From a virus (Duplodnaviria > Caudoviricetes), in IMG/VR virus record IMGVR_UViG_3300048854_000042, positions 1-33,333 of that record: a stretch of 33,333 nucleotides of DNA. One strand, 5' to 3'. Positions within the stretch are counted from its first letter, which is position 1. Each line of letters starts with the position of its first letter. Of the stretch, positions 9,341 to 17,924 are shown piece by piece. The translations under genes and the position numbers were made by a program. The notes beneath the pieces are model-generated. The model ran no database searches. It was not told the origin of the DNA and worked only from the letters and a program-made list of their open reading frames with translations.

Positions 9341-9898
9341 TCAGGCTGCAAAGTGCTTAGCGACTTCCCGCAGGTGATCCAGGCCGAACTCGTTGTTGAC
9401 GACCACATCGCCGTGCGCAACCCGTACGCCTGCCTCAGACACGTGGCTGTTGACGGCTTCCGCGCCAGGGCGCCGGATGTGAATAATCTGGCCGCCCAGC
9501 TCGCGGATCATGGCGGCTTCGTTCTCGAAACGGACATCGGAGAAAACGACCAGCTCAGGGCGCCATGCGGGCGGGTAGTTCGCAGCGAACTCCAGCTCCT
9601 TGCGAGCAACCGTGATCCAGAGGTTCGGGTCGATCAGGTCGCGGCCCCACTCGGTACCAAGGGTCTGCATCATTTGGCGTGGGGATTTGCCACCAAACTC
9701 GGGAAGGGGTTGTTCCTTGAGCGGCCCGTCCAGCAGGTCGTCCATGTTGATGCCCGTGAGTTTTGAGATGAAGCGGCGGATCGGGTTGGCGAAGGACATG
9801 CGCTCGGCCTCGCCAAACTCGACGAGGAAGTTAGCAAGCGTGTCCTTGCCGGAGCGGGCTCGGCCGGTAATGCCGATGATCTTCATTTGGGTTGCCAT
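9341..9898 (-). CDS. Deoxynucleoside monophosphate kinase
   Basis: IIGITGRARSGKDT P-loop, SPRQMMQTLGTEWGR, SDVRFENE, SHVSE. Confidence 0.93.
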   Translation of the reverse strand: MATQMKIIGITGRARSGKDTLANFLVEFGEAERMSFANPIRRFISKLTGINMDDLLDGPLKEQPLPEFGGKSPRQMMQTLGTEWGRDLIDPNLWITVARKELEFAANYPPAWRPELVVFSDVRFENEAAMIRELGGQIIHIRRPGAEAVNSHVSEAGVRVAHGDVVVNNEFGLDHLREVAKHFAA

Positions 9899-10683
9899 AG
9901 GTTCACCTTGGAGGTCTTGAAGTCGTAGTCGCCGTGGCGAAGGATTCGGGCGAGCCGGGCCTGAAGGATCGCGTCGTCCTGTGTCAGACCCTTGGATTCG
10001 TAGACGGCCACGACGGCGGCCCATAGCGCGGCCAGGTGGTCGGCAGGGTCAGCGTCGAGGAACTTCTCGTGGACCGGCAGGAGCGCCGCGTCGGCCTTCT
10101 TCGGCCCGATGCTGGGACAGCCGGGGTAGTTATCCGTGGTGTCGCCCGTGAGGGTCTGGAGCATCCAGTACAGGTCCGCGTCGTGCTGCGAGATCGTCAT
10201 GGTCCCCAGCTCGGGCTTGTTCGGGTTGTAGAGCCGCCCAACCAGCGTCCGCATGTCCTTGTCGATCGACACCATGATCTTCTTGCCGGGAGCCCGCTTG
10301 GCGTTGGGATTGGTCGCAAGCAGGCCGATGATGTCGTCGCCTTCGAGGTACTCGCGCTCGATCACCTTGTCGGCCCACAGCTCCTTGATCCAGCCGTCGA
10401 CGTGATGCCAAAGCTCGGGGCGCACCTTACCGGCGCGGTTGGCTTTGTAGAGGGGATACAGGTCCTTGCGGAAGTTCGTGGAGACCGACAGCGGGAGAAG
10501 GAAGTCGTCGGCCTTGAACTTGTCCATCAGCTCCTCGACGTAATCTTCGAGTGCTGCCTTGGCCTTCGAGGGATTGATGATCTCGATAGGGCCTTCGTCG
10601 TCATCGTCGAAGCTGATCTTCTTGGTGTTCTGGAAGGCCAGCATGTAGCGCAGGACGTCTGCGTCGATGATGAGGGTCAGCAC
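9883..10683 (-). CDS. 5'-3' exonuclease (T7 gp6-like)
   Basis: IDAD, YKANR, LEGDDIIG, SIDKD, LTGDTTDNYPGCPSIG, QARLARILR. Confidence 0.95.
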   Translation of the reverse strand: MLTLIIDADVLRYMLAFQNTKKISFDDDDEGPIEIINPSKAKAALEDYVEELMDKFKADDFLLPLSVSTNFRKDLYPLYKANRAGKVRPELWHHVDGWIKELWADKVIEREYLEGDDIIGLLATNPNAKRAPGKKIMVSIDKDMRTLVGRLYNPNKPELGTMTISQHDADLYWMLQTLTGDTTDNYPGCPSIGPKKADAALLPVHEKFLDADPADHLAALWAAVVAVYESKGLTQDDAILQARLARILRHGDYDFKTSKVNLWQPK

Positions 10684-10869
10684 TCAGATGGCGGCGGTAC
10701 GGACCAGCTCACGCCACCAGCTTTCGAAGGCGTCCAGCGTGCCTTCGATAAGGGCGGCGCCTACGACCAGCACGAGGTGCACCGGGAGGAGCAGAGCGCT
10801 GATAGCGACCAAGACGTACTTTAGCTTCCGGTCAACGAGCCACTGAGCCCAGGGGCGGAGGCGGCTCAT
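10684..10869 (-). CDS. Small membrane protein
   Basis: 61 aa with one hydrophobic stretch; ATGA coupling. Confidence 0.7.
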   Translation of the reverse strand: MSRLRPWAQWLVDRKLKYVLVAISALLLPVHLVLVVGAALIEGTLDAFESWWRELVRTAAI

Positions 10870-11189
10870 GCGGCCACCTTCACCGACGCTTCCAGGCGTA
10901 GCACGTCGTAGGCACGGTAGACGTCTCGGAACATCGTCTCCTTGATCTGGACAGCCCCCGAGCGAATCAGCTCGTCGGCAAGCTCGTTTGCGGCCCTGCG
11001 GCGCAGCACTTCCCGCATGTGGTCTACGTGAGCGAGATCGACAGCGGCGAGGTACGCGCTCTGGATGGGAACTTCGACGTTCCGGCTGAGGACGCGGTGC
11101 GTGGGCGGGGTGACGACCTGAAGATTCTCGATGGTCTTGGTCAGCTCCGCGACCTGCGACAGGAGCGCAGTCTTGGTGGTCTTGGTCAT
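10866..11189 (-). CDS. Hypothetical protein
   Basis: MTKTTKTALL... start at an ATGA overlap with an AGGA RBS. Confidence 0.7.
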   Translation of the reverse strand: MTKTTKTALLSQVAELTKTIENLQVVTPPTHRVLSRNVEVPIQSAYLAAVDLAHVDHMREVLRRRAANELADELIRSGAVQIKETMFRDVYRAYDVLRLEASVKVAA

Positions 11190-11590
11190 TTCAGCTTCCT
11201 GAGATTCTTGAGTTTGGTGAGGGGCTTCAGGCCGTACGAGACGCCGACCGTGCACATGACCATCCAGCGCCACCACTCGGGCAGCGAGGCGTCCAGCGAG
11301 GTGAAGCCGTCGACGACGAAGTGTGCACAGCCGGGAACGAAGCAGAGGACGAGCGGGAGCATGACGATCACGAACATGGCCTCGTCTTTCCAGCCGGAGT
11401 TCTTCACGGCTTCGACTTCCCACTCGCCGTCCTTCTGTGCCTTTGCGATCTTCGCTTGCAGAGTGGCGAGCTTGAGGTTGTGCTCGGCGGCGGTCTCACG
11501 AACTTTGATGGCACGAGACTGGTCAATTGAGGACTTGATGCCGGTGAACGCCCACTGGACTGCGGAGGCCGCGAGTGAAAGCCAGCTCAT
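11186..11590 (-). CDS. Membrane protein, possible holin-like
   Basis: MSWLSLAA..., coiled region, GWKDE motif, two hydrophobic segments, basic C-terminus. ATGA coupling. Confidence 0.65.
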   Translation of the reverse strand: MSWLSLAASAVQWAFTGIKSSIDQSRAIKVRETAAEHNLKLATLQAKIAKAQKDGEWEVEAVKNSGWKDEAMFVIVMLPLVLCFVPGCAHFVVDGFTSLDASLPEWWRWMVMCTVGVSYGLKPLTKLKNLRKLK

Positions 11591-11814
11591 TCGTCTTCCC
11601 CATCGGCGTCGCTCTCGATCTCGTAATGAATTCCGAGGGCGTCGCACAGCTCGCGCGCGAGGTCGGTATACCCGCAGTTGACGCCGAGGGACACGGCATC
11701 GTCGGCGTTGCCGCCGCACCAGCTATAGGCTTCGAACTCGTCGTTGTCGGTAGCGACACGCTCAGAGGCGAGGGCCTTGAGTCGGTCGACGATCTTAGGC
11801 GTGAGTCCGATCAT
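11587..11814 (-). CDS. Hypothetical acidic protein
   Basis: 75 aa, ATGA coupling at both ends, GAGGT RBS. Confidence 0.7.
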   Translation of the reverse strand: MIGLTPKIVDRLKALASERVATDNDEFEAYSWCGGNADDAVSLGVNCGYTDLARELCDALGIHYEIESDADGEDE

Positions 11815-12047
11815 TCCTGCACCTCGAACCAGTACGCCTGACAGGCACTGCCGGGCTCAGGCTGGTAGGAGCCGCCCCAGCCCACTGTCCACGAGTCAGA
11901 GCGCTCGTTGCGGTACACCTGATCCACGGGACCAGAGTCGTAAACGACCTTGCCGTCCTTCTTGCAGACGAGCTTTTCCTTGTAATCTGCGCAGCCGGTG
12001 AGGCCGAGAACGCTGAGGAGCGCGAGAGAGGTCAGAATCTTCTTCAT
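11811..12047 (-). CDS. Lipoprotein
   Basis: MKKILTSLALLSVLGLTGC: signal peptide with lipobox. Alternative start at 12059. Confidence 0.75.
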   Translation of the reverse strand: MKKILTSLALLSVLGLTGCADYKEKLVCKKDGKVVYDSGPVDQVYRNERSDSWTVGWGGSYQPEPGSACQAYWFEVQE

Positions 12048-12052
12048 GGGGA

Positions 12053-12664
12053 TCACCATTCAAAGCTCGTCGCGTCGAGGTAGACCTGACAGTGACGGCG
12101 GATGTGGGAGAGGACCGGGCGGACCGGCGTGATGGACTTGTGGGTCAGACGGGCGAAGATTCGCCAGCCGTCTTCGGCCGCTTGAGTGCCGCGATGCGGT
12201 GTGCGCTGATCCATTGCGGTCCAAGCTTCCGGCTCGATGGACTGCGTGGGAACGCCCTTGATGGCGTTTGCGAGTTCAAGGTGTCCGGTTGGCACGCCGT
12301 CGACGTGCAGCGGGTTCTGAAGGAACTCGGTCAGCGGACCGTGGCTAACCCACAGCAACATGTCGGGAGCGGTGCGGTCGATCTTGTCGTAGCGAACACC
12401 GTCCCCGTCGCGCGGGACGTTGTCACAGTGCCAGTTCGGGATGCAGGGGTACTGGTCCTTCATCAGCATGTGAATCTTCAGGTCCAGCTCCCACTCCTCG
12501 GGGTTCTTCACCGGAGCGGAGTCGTACAGTGCGGACAGCTCGGGCATTAGCTCATATGCCTTCGGCAGCGGGCAGCGGAACAGGCCGCAGCCCAGCAGCT
12601 CGATGACGGACTGCGGGAAGTGCAGAGCGGTGCGCGAAACAAGACGCGGCGGGAAGAACAGCAT
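12053..12664 (-). CDS. 2OG-Fe(II) oxygenase-like protein
   Basis: NWHCD (HxD), later PHRG (distal His) and GWRIFARL (Arg for 2OG binding). AGGAG RBS. Confidence 0.6.
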   Translation of the reverse strand: MLFFPPRLVSRTALHFPQSVIELLGCGLFRCPLPKAYELMPELSALYDSAPVKNPEEWELDLKIHMLMKDQYPCIPNWHCDNVPRDGDGVRYDKIDRTAPDMLLWVSHGPLTEFLQNPLHVDGVPTGHLELANAIKGVPTQSIEPEAWTAMDQRTPHRGTQAAEDGWRIFARLTHKSITPVRPVLSHIRRHCQVYLDATSFEW

Positions 12665-12672
12665 GGGAACTC

Positions 12673-12993
12673 CTAATGGTTCTCTTGGTAATAGGCAGCG
12701 ACACGCAGCAGCTCCTCGGGAGAGGCGTTGCTCTTGATTGCGTTAGCGCGAGAGGAGATGACTTTGACGTTGCCCTGGACGTAGCCGAGTGCTGGGTCAA
12801 TGCGGTCGAGTGACGGACTGTTGGGACCTTGGGCGGCCCCTCCGGAGTTGCGGTAGAGCGGTAAGCCCAGCACCGGACAATGAAGCGGGATCACGATGTC
12901 CTCCACGCGGAGGTCGAACGGGATACCGCGCTTCTTTGCCCGGTGCTTCGTCAGTGCGAGGAGACGGCTCGCCGGAGTGGCAGGCTTCCTCAG
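12673..12993 (-). CDS. HNH-like (beta-beta-alpha-Me) endonuclease-related protein, probable CTG start
   Basis: RAKKRGIPFDL, CPVLG, SPSLDRIDPALGYVQGNVKVISSRANAIK. The frame extends upstream of the track's GTG (12906) to a CTG overlapping the polymerase stop, with GAAGGA before it. Confidence 0.75.
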   Translation of the reverse strand: MRKPATPASRLLALTKHRAKKRGIPFDLRVEDIVIPLHCPVLGLPLYRNSGGAAQGPNSPSLDRIDPALGYVQGNVKVISSRANAIKSNASPEELLRVAAYYQENH

Positions 12994-14804
12994 TGCGTTT
13001 CCTTCCAGTTACGGCCGACCTTGAACTCGCCATCGAGCGGGCAGCGGAAGCCGAAGTGAGCGCCTGCGTCGTGGATTGCCTTCACGGCCTCCTGTCCGAC
13101 GCGCTCCGCGATGTCCTCGTCAGCCTCGATCTGGAACTCGTCATGCACATTCGCGACGAACTCATAGTTCACGCCGGGAACGTAGCCGAGCGCCTGGAGG
13201 CGGTTGTCGAGGATCACGAGGGCCTTCTTCATCACGATGGCACCTGCGGACTGGAGGAGCGTGTTGAGCGCGGCATGGTCAGAACGGACGTGGACCTTGC
13301 GGCCGTCGAGGCCGAGCAGGTAGCCGTTCTTGTTCGCCTTCGCCTTGACGGCGGCCAACAGGTTCCCAAGGGCGGGAAGGCCCTCAAGGAATCGCTTCTT
13401 CAGGAGCGCACCAGCCTTACGGCCGCCTCCCGTGATCGAGCCGATCTTCTCGTCGCCCGCTCCGTAGAGGAAGGCGTAGATGAAGGTCTTGGCGTTGTCA
13501 CGAGTGGGCAGTCCAGCAGCCGCCTGATTGACGGAGTGGATGTCGCCTTCGAGGATGACCTTGGCGTACTCGCCGTTGTCCCAGCGGGCCATGTAGTGCG
13601 CGAGGTTGCGCAGCTCCAGGCCAGAGGCGTCAGCGCCTACCAGCAGCTTCTTACGTGGGACATGGAACAGCGCGCGGCACTCGGCGCCGTAGGGTGACCC
13701 GCACTTCGGCACCTGAGCCATGTTCGGCCTGGAGTGCGTCATGCGGCCCGTGACGGCGCCGTTCTGCGTTACGCGGCCGTGGATGCGACCGTCTTTCTTG
13801 ACGGCCTTGAACCACGCCTCCTTGCCCTCACTGAGCTGCCCGAGTCGCTTATCGACCAGCAGGTACTCCATCAGCAGCTTGCACTCGGGGAACTTCAGTC
13901 CCTCCAGCACCGTTTCGTCGACCTTCGGCGCACCGTTGTCAGTGAACTGCGTCGGCTTCCATCCGTACAGGGCGGTCAAACGGTTGGCGATGTGAGCACG
14001 GGAGGCCGGATTGAACACGACCGTCTTGTACTTCTGGATCGGTACGCCCTTCACGTAGCCCTTCGACGCGTTGTCGCGCTTGGGGATGAAGGGCTTGCCG
14101 TCCTTCGCTTGCCACGGTTTGAACACCACACGCAGCTCGTCAGCCAGCTCCGTTCGACGGATTGTCAGGATGCCTTCGAGTTCGCGCGCGCCGGTCTGGT
14201 CGAACAGGATGCCGTAGCGTTCCTGCCGCGAGATGATTGGCGCGATGTCGTGCTCCAGGCGGATCGACTCCTCGCTGAAGCCCTTGCTCATCAGCTTCAG
14301 GTACAACGCCACGGTGACAACGACGTCCTGCACGCAGTAGTCGTCCATCTCCTGATTCCACGCCGCCCACGGGTCAAGCCCACGTGCCTTCATGTCCTTC
14401 GAGTAGTCGCCCTTCCACTGGCCGAGGCGGATGCCCCAGGCTTCGAGTGCGTGGGAGCCGATGAGCTGCTTCCCGAAGTGCGTGTTCTTCTTGGCGAACT
14501 TGAAGTCGCGGTCCGTTAGGTCGGTGAAGATCAAGCGGGACATGATGAGCGTGTCCCACACGCGCCCCTTCGGCTTGAACCACGGGTACACCTTCTGGAT
14601 CGCCGGGATATCGAACCCGATGATGTTGTGGCCGCAGATGTCCTCGGCGTCCATGAGGATGCGCAGGACGTCCTCGACTGTGAGGGCGGCCCCGTGGTCG
14701 TTACCCCGCAGCGTCTCGCCAGTCACGACGTTCTGGACGGCGATGCAGTGGATGACAGTCAGTTCTTCGAGGAGGCCATCGGTCTCACAGTCGAATGCGA
14801 GCAT
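12990..14804 (-). CDS. DNA polymerase family A (T7 gp5-like)
   Basis: FDCET and GHNIIGFD exonuclease motifs, ADASGLELR (motif A), RDNAKTFIYAFLYG (motif B), VHDE (motif C). Confidence 0.97.
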   Translation of the reverse strand: MLAFDCETDGLLEELTVIHCIAVQNVVTGETLRGNDHGAALTVEDVLRILMDAEDICGHNIIGFDIPAIQKVYPWFKPKGRVWDTLIMSRLIFTDLTDRDFKFAKKNTHFGKQLIGSHALEAWGIRLGQWKGDYSKDMKARGLDPWAAWNQEMDDYCVQDVVVTVALYLKLMSKGFSEESIRLEHDIAPIISRQERYGILFDQTGARELEGILTIRRTELADELRVVFKPWQAKDGKPFIPKRDNASKGYVKGVPIQKYKTVVFNPASRAHIANRLTALYGWKPTQFTDNGAPKVDETVLEGLKFPECKLLMEYLLVDKRLGQLSEGKEAWFKAVKKDGRIHGRVTQNGAVTGRMTHSRPNMAQVPKCGSPYGAECRALFHVPRKKLLVGADASGLELRNLAHYMARWDNGEYAKVILEGDIHSVNQAAAGLPTRDNAKTFIYAFLYGAGDEKIGSITGGGRKAGALLKKRFLEGLPALGNLLAAVKAKANKNGYLLGLDGRKVHVRSDHAALNTLLQSAGAIVMKKALVILDNRLQALGYVPGVNYEFVANVHDEFQIEADEDIAERVGQEAVKAIHDAGAHFGFRCPLDGEFKVGRNWKETH

Positions 14805-14807
14805 CCG

Positions 14808-15386
14808 TCAATAGCCTCCAGCGGAAGTGTCGACCGGAAGGCTCCGGCAGATGGACAGGTCGGCGACGAACTGGTCCGACAGCCGGTATCCGTACTGCGT
14901 CGTGTACCGATTGGACCTGCGCATAACGCGGTCGATGTGCTGATGGTTGAGGAAGTTCAGCACTCGGTCGGTGGCGTCATTGATCGCGCCGTCGACTGCG
15001 AACACGTCGACGTTCTCAATGTCGACCATCTCGGCGGCGAAGCCGCAGCATCGGAAGTCGAAGGACGCCGCAAGCGACCGGGCGTTCTTGTGGAACCGGA
15101 AGCCGATCAGGTTGAATGGAGCGTCGACACCGTTGGTAAACGACGGGAACGCCTCCTCACCCGGCTTAGTGATCTCTTTGAAACGCGAGTCCCACCGGAA
15201 GAACTGCACAGCCAACGACCAGTCGCCGTGGCTGGCGAAGAACAGGTCGTAGTCTTTCGTGGAGGTGCCGTCGATAAACGAGCGGAAGCAGCCGCCAGCG
15301 ATGAACGCGAGGGCGCCCGTGCCAGCAGGCATCTTCCGGAAGATCGACAGGGCGTGATCGTGCAGAGCACTCCCTGCCGCGATCAC
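14808..15386 (-). CDS. Nucleotidyltransferase (CCA-adding/poly(A) polymerase head-like)
   Basis: IAGGCFRS...KDYDLFF and SFDF motifs. GTG start in a GTGA overlap. Confidence 0.75.
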   Translation of the reverse strand: MIAAGSALHDHALSIFRKMPAGTGALAFIAGGCFRSFIDGTSTKDYDLFFASHGDWSLAVQFFRWDSRFKEITKPGEEAFPSFTNGVDAPFNLIGFRFHKNARSLAASFDFRCCGFAAEMVDIENVDVFAVDGAINDATDRVLNFLNHQHIDRVMRRSNRYTTQYGYRLSDQFVADLSICRSLPVDTSAGGY

Positions 15387-15616
15387 GAGATCAGGTCCTT
15401 CAGCTTCGCCGACACGGCGACCGCGCGACGGTGCTGCTCGTTGTGCAGGTCCCACTCGTTGCTCAGGTCGACGATGGCGCCCTTGATGATGTCCTTCGAC
15501 GTCACCGCGTGCTCAGCCGCAGCGTCGAGCTGGTCGATGGCCTTCTGTACGCCAGCCAGGGCGCGGTCCACGGACTTGGGGGCGATCAGGTTCAGGAAAG
15601 AGGTGAGCAGCTTCAT
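15383..15616 (-). CDS. Small coiled-coil protein (T7 gp4.3-like position and composition)
   Basis: MKLLTSFLNLIAPK... 77 aa, GAGGA RBS. Confidence 0.7.
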   Translation of the reverse strand: MKLLTSFLNLIAPKSVDRALAGVQKAIDQLDAAAEHAVTSKDIIKGAIVDLSNEWDLHNEQHRRAVAVSAKLKDLIS

Positions 15617-15783
15617 GCGGGTAGTTCCTCGACAGTGATGGTTACGAGCACGCGCTTGGCCCCCTCTCGGAATTGAGAGGAGGCAGCGGATGCGGACTTG
15701 GGGAGGTAGGGGAAGCAGGCCGACGCGGCGGCTTCGAGCGGAGCGTCTTGCGGGATGTAGACGATGTGCGTTGTGGGCGTCAG
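15613..15783 (-). CDS. Hypothetical 56-aa protein, probable CTG start
   Basis: Exactly fills the gap between the helicase stop (CTGA overlap) and the next ATGA overlap: (M)TPTTHIVYIPQDAPLEAAASACFPYLPK...VLVTITVEELPA. Confidence 0.55.
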   Translation of the reverse strand: MTPTTHIVYIPQDAPLEAAASACFPYLPKSASAASSQFREGAKRVLVTITVEELPA

Positions 15784-17408
15784 AACGGCACGTCATCGCC
15801 CGGCTCGTCGCCGAACGGGTCATCGGAAGCAACGGGCTTCTCGTACAGGCGGCCGGTCTCCAGCTCGTAGCCGAGCGGGATGGTCTTGCCGGTTGACTGG
15901 CCGGTGAAGCGATCCTTCAGGACACGAAAGGTTGTCGTCTGCCGGACGTTCTCGTCTTCGGCCTGCTGGTCACGCTCCAGGCCGAACATGAAGTGGGACC
16001 AGAAGCCAATAGCTCGCGAGCCCTTGAAGTGCCGGATCATCACGCGACCGCCTTCCTCATGCGGCTTGCCCTCTGGAGTGGCAAGATGCGAGATGCCGTA
16101 AAAGCAGACGTTGTGCTTCTGGGCGAAGGAGGCGATCTCCTCCATGATCTTTTCCAGGGCCTTGCGCTCGTCCTCCTCAGCAGCCGCGAGGGCCGTAAGG
16201 TGGTCGAGGAAGAAGTGCTTCACGCCCTCAGCGGTCGCGAGGTACTTCATCTTCGCGAGGATGGTCTCCCACTCGGTGCTGCCGAAGCTGTCGTACATGA
16301 AGACGTTGCCGCTCGCTTCGATCTGCGAGAACGTTTCTTCCAGCTCGGACTGCTGCCACGAGTCGTCGGGGACGTGGAAGCGCTTACCGGCGAGCTTGCC
16401 TGCGACGCGCTTACCCGTTTCGACAGGCGGCTGCTCCAGATAGAACAGGCCGCACTTCTCGTTCAAGGTAATCGCCGTGTTCACGATCTCCTGAGTGAAC
16501 CAGTCGGTCTTGCCGACGCCCGTACCGGCACCGAAGAAGTACACCTCGCCGTAGCGGCGGCCGTACGTCAGGTCGTTGAGAGTCGGGAGGAACCACGGGA
16601 GACCGCGCACAGCCCTCGTCAGCGCTTTCTCGCGGATGTCGCCGAAGGTAACGATGCCGTCCGGCCGGAATACCTTCGCGTTCCAGATGGCCGTGATGAT
16701 CTCGCGGGACTTGTTGGCCTGGAGGAGTTCGTTCGGGTCTTTCGCGGGGAGGTGCGCGATCTTGCACTTGCCGGGAGTGAAAAGCTCCGAGCACTCGCGG
16801 GCAGCGTCTTGTCCGGGTTCGTCCATGTCGAACATGAGGACGACCTCCTCGAACTGCTCCAGCCATTCCAGCTCGCGCGCGAGCGACTTCTTGGCCCCTT
16901 GGGCACCGTTGGGGACGGAGACCACAGGCCACTTGTTCTCCTGCGCCTGCGATACCGACATTGCGTCGATCTCGCCTTCGGTGATGACGATACGGCGGCC
17001 GGGGCTCCAGAGGTGCTGACCGAACAGGCCGCACTTCTTGGAGTCGCCTTTGAACGAGAACTCCTTGTTTGCGTAACGCAGCTTCTGCGCCACGATGCCG
17101 TCACTGTTCCGGTAGTTGGCGATCTGCACACTCTTGTCGTGGTGCTTGCCAACCGTGTAGCCAAACTTTCGGCACGTGTCTTCGGTGATGCCGCGCTTTA
17201 CGAGCGCAGAAACCTCACCGTGAAGGAAGTCCGTCATGGTGCGGTCTCGTTTCTTCGTGGTGGAAGGGGAGGCTTCGCCGTCACCCTTCTCGTAGTAGCC
17301 ACAGCCGAAGCAGTGGCCGTGTCCGTCGCTGTAGCGCCCGAGGTTGTCTTTACTGCCGCACTCGGGGCAGGGCTCCTTGCGGAGGAACTCAGACTCGCTT
17401 CGTTCCAC
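15780..17408 (-). CDS. Primase-helicase (T7 gp4-like)
   Basis: CPEC...CFGC zinc finger, TEGEIDA/FDMD TOPRIM, GAGTGVGKT Walker A, FLDHL, LKDRFTG. GTG at 17408 is the likely start. Confidence 0.96.
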   Translation of the reverse strand: MERSESEFLRKEPCPECGSKDNLGRYSDGHGHCFGCGYYEKGDGEASPSTTKKRDRTMTDFLHGEVSALVKRGITEDTCRKFGYTVGKHHDKSVQIANYRNSDGIVAQKLRYANKEFSFKGDSKKCGLFGQHLWSPGRRIVITEGEIDAMSVSQAQENKWPVVSVPNGAQGAKKSLARELEWLEQFEEVVLMFDMDEPGQDAARECSELFTPGKCKIAHLPAKDPNELLQANKSREIITAIWNAKVFRPDGIVTFGDIREKALTRAVRGLPWFLPTLNDLTYGRRYGEVYFFGAGTGVGKTDWFTQEIVNTAITLNEKCGLFYLEQPPVETGKRVAGKLAGKRFHVPDDSWQQSELEETFSQIEASGNVFMYDSFGSTEWETILAKMKYLATAEGVKHFFLDHLTALAAAEEDERKALEKIMEEIASFAQKHNVCFYGISHLATPEGKPHEEGGRVMIRHFKGSRAIGFWSHFMFGLERDQQAEDENVRQTTTFRVLKDRFTGQSTGKTIPLGYELETGRLYEKPVASDDPFGDEPGDDVPF

Positions 17409-17562
17409 GCTGCATCGACCACATCGTCTTGCGCTTCTTGACACCGACGCCGCGCTTCAGCGAGCCGAGGATGATGTCCGCAGTGGCGTCGAGCTTGGCG
17501 CCGGTCTTGACGGTGATGTTCGCGAACGCTTCGCGCATCGTGGTGTTGACGTTCTGGTTCAT
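17389..17562 (-). CDS. Small basic hypothetical protein (57 aa)
   Basis: MNQNVNTTMREAFANITVKTG...QRGTKRV; ATGA overlap and AAGGA RBS. Confidence 0.65.
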   Translation of the reverse strand: MNQNVNTTMREAFANITVKTGAKLDATADIILGSLKRGVGVKKRKTMWSMQRGTKRV

Positions 17563-17915
17563 GCGTTGTCCTTCAGTTCTTCGATCAGGTCGGTGAAGTC
17601 GGCATCGTCGAAGCCCATGTCACGCATGGCCTTCTCGATCTGCGATTCAGAGAACCGGCTCTCGCGGACGCGGACCGGGTGCAGGGGGAACGCCATGCGG
17701 CGCTGCGCGGGACTGAGGTCGTAACGGATGTAGCGCTGGCCTTTGGCGTCACGCTTCTCCTCTTTCACGAGGTCCCAGCCCGCAGCCACGATCTCGTCGA
17801 TACGCGAGGCGAGACGGCGAATGCCGTAGACGCCGTGTGCTTCCCACTGCGAGATGGAACCCTCAGCGCGGAGGTGATTGAGAACGATGGTGGACTGCGG
17901 GGGCAGCTTCTTCAT
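17559..17915 (-). CDS. Winged helix-turn-helix protein
   Basis: Q..IVLNHL...GSISQWEA...YGIRRLASRIDEI...G pattern. Confidence 0.8.
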   Translation of the reverse strand: MKKLPPQSTIVLNHLRAEGSISQWEAHGVYGIRRLASRIDEIVAAGWDLVKEEKRDAKGQRYIRYDLSPAQRRMAFPLHPVRVRESRFSESQIEKAMRDMGFDDADFTDLIEELKDNA

Positions 17916-17924
17916 GGCGGTGTC

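Noticed and set aside
12673-12993. Intron-encoded homing endonuclease in the DNA polymerase
   Set aside because: The polymerase frame is continuous and complete (ends WKETH), and the nuclease-like gene is free-standing downstream.
15993-17441. Long plus-strand ORFs in the track (also 4608-5696, 23304-24488, 25457-26401 and others)
   Set aside because: They are antisense shadows of well-supported minus-strand genes, expected with high GC at third codon positions, and show no motifs.
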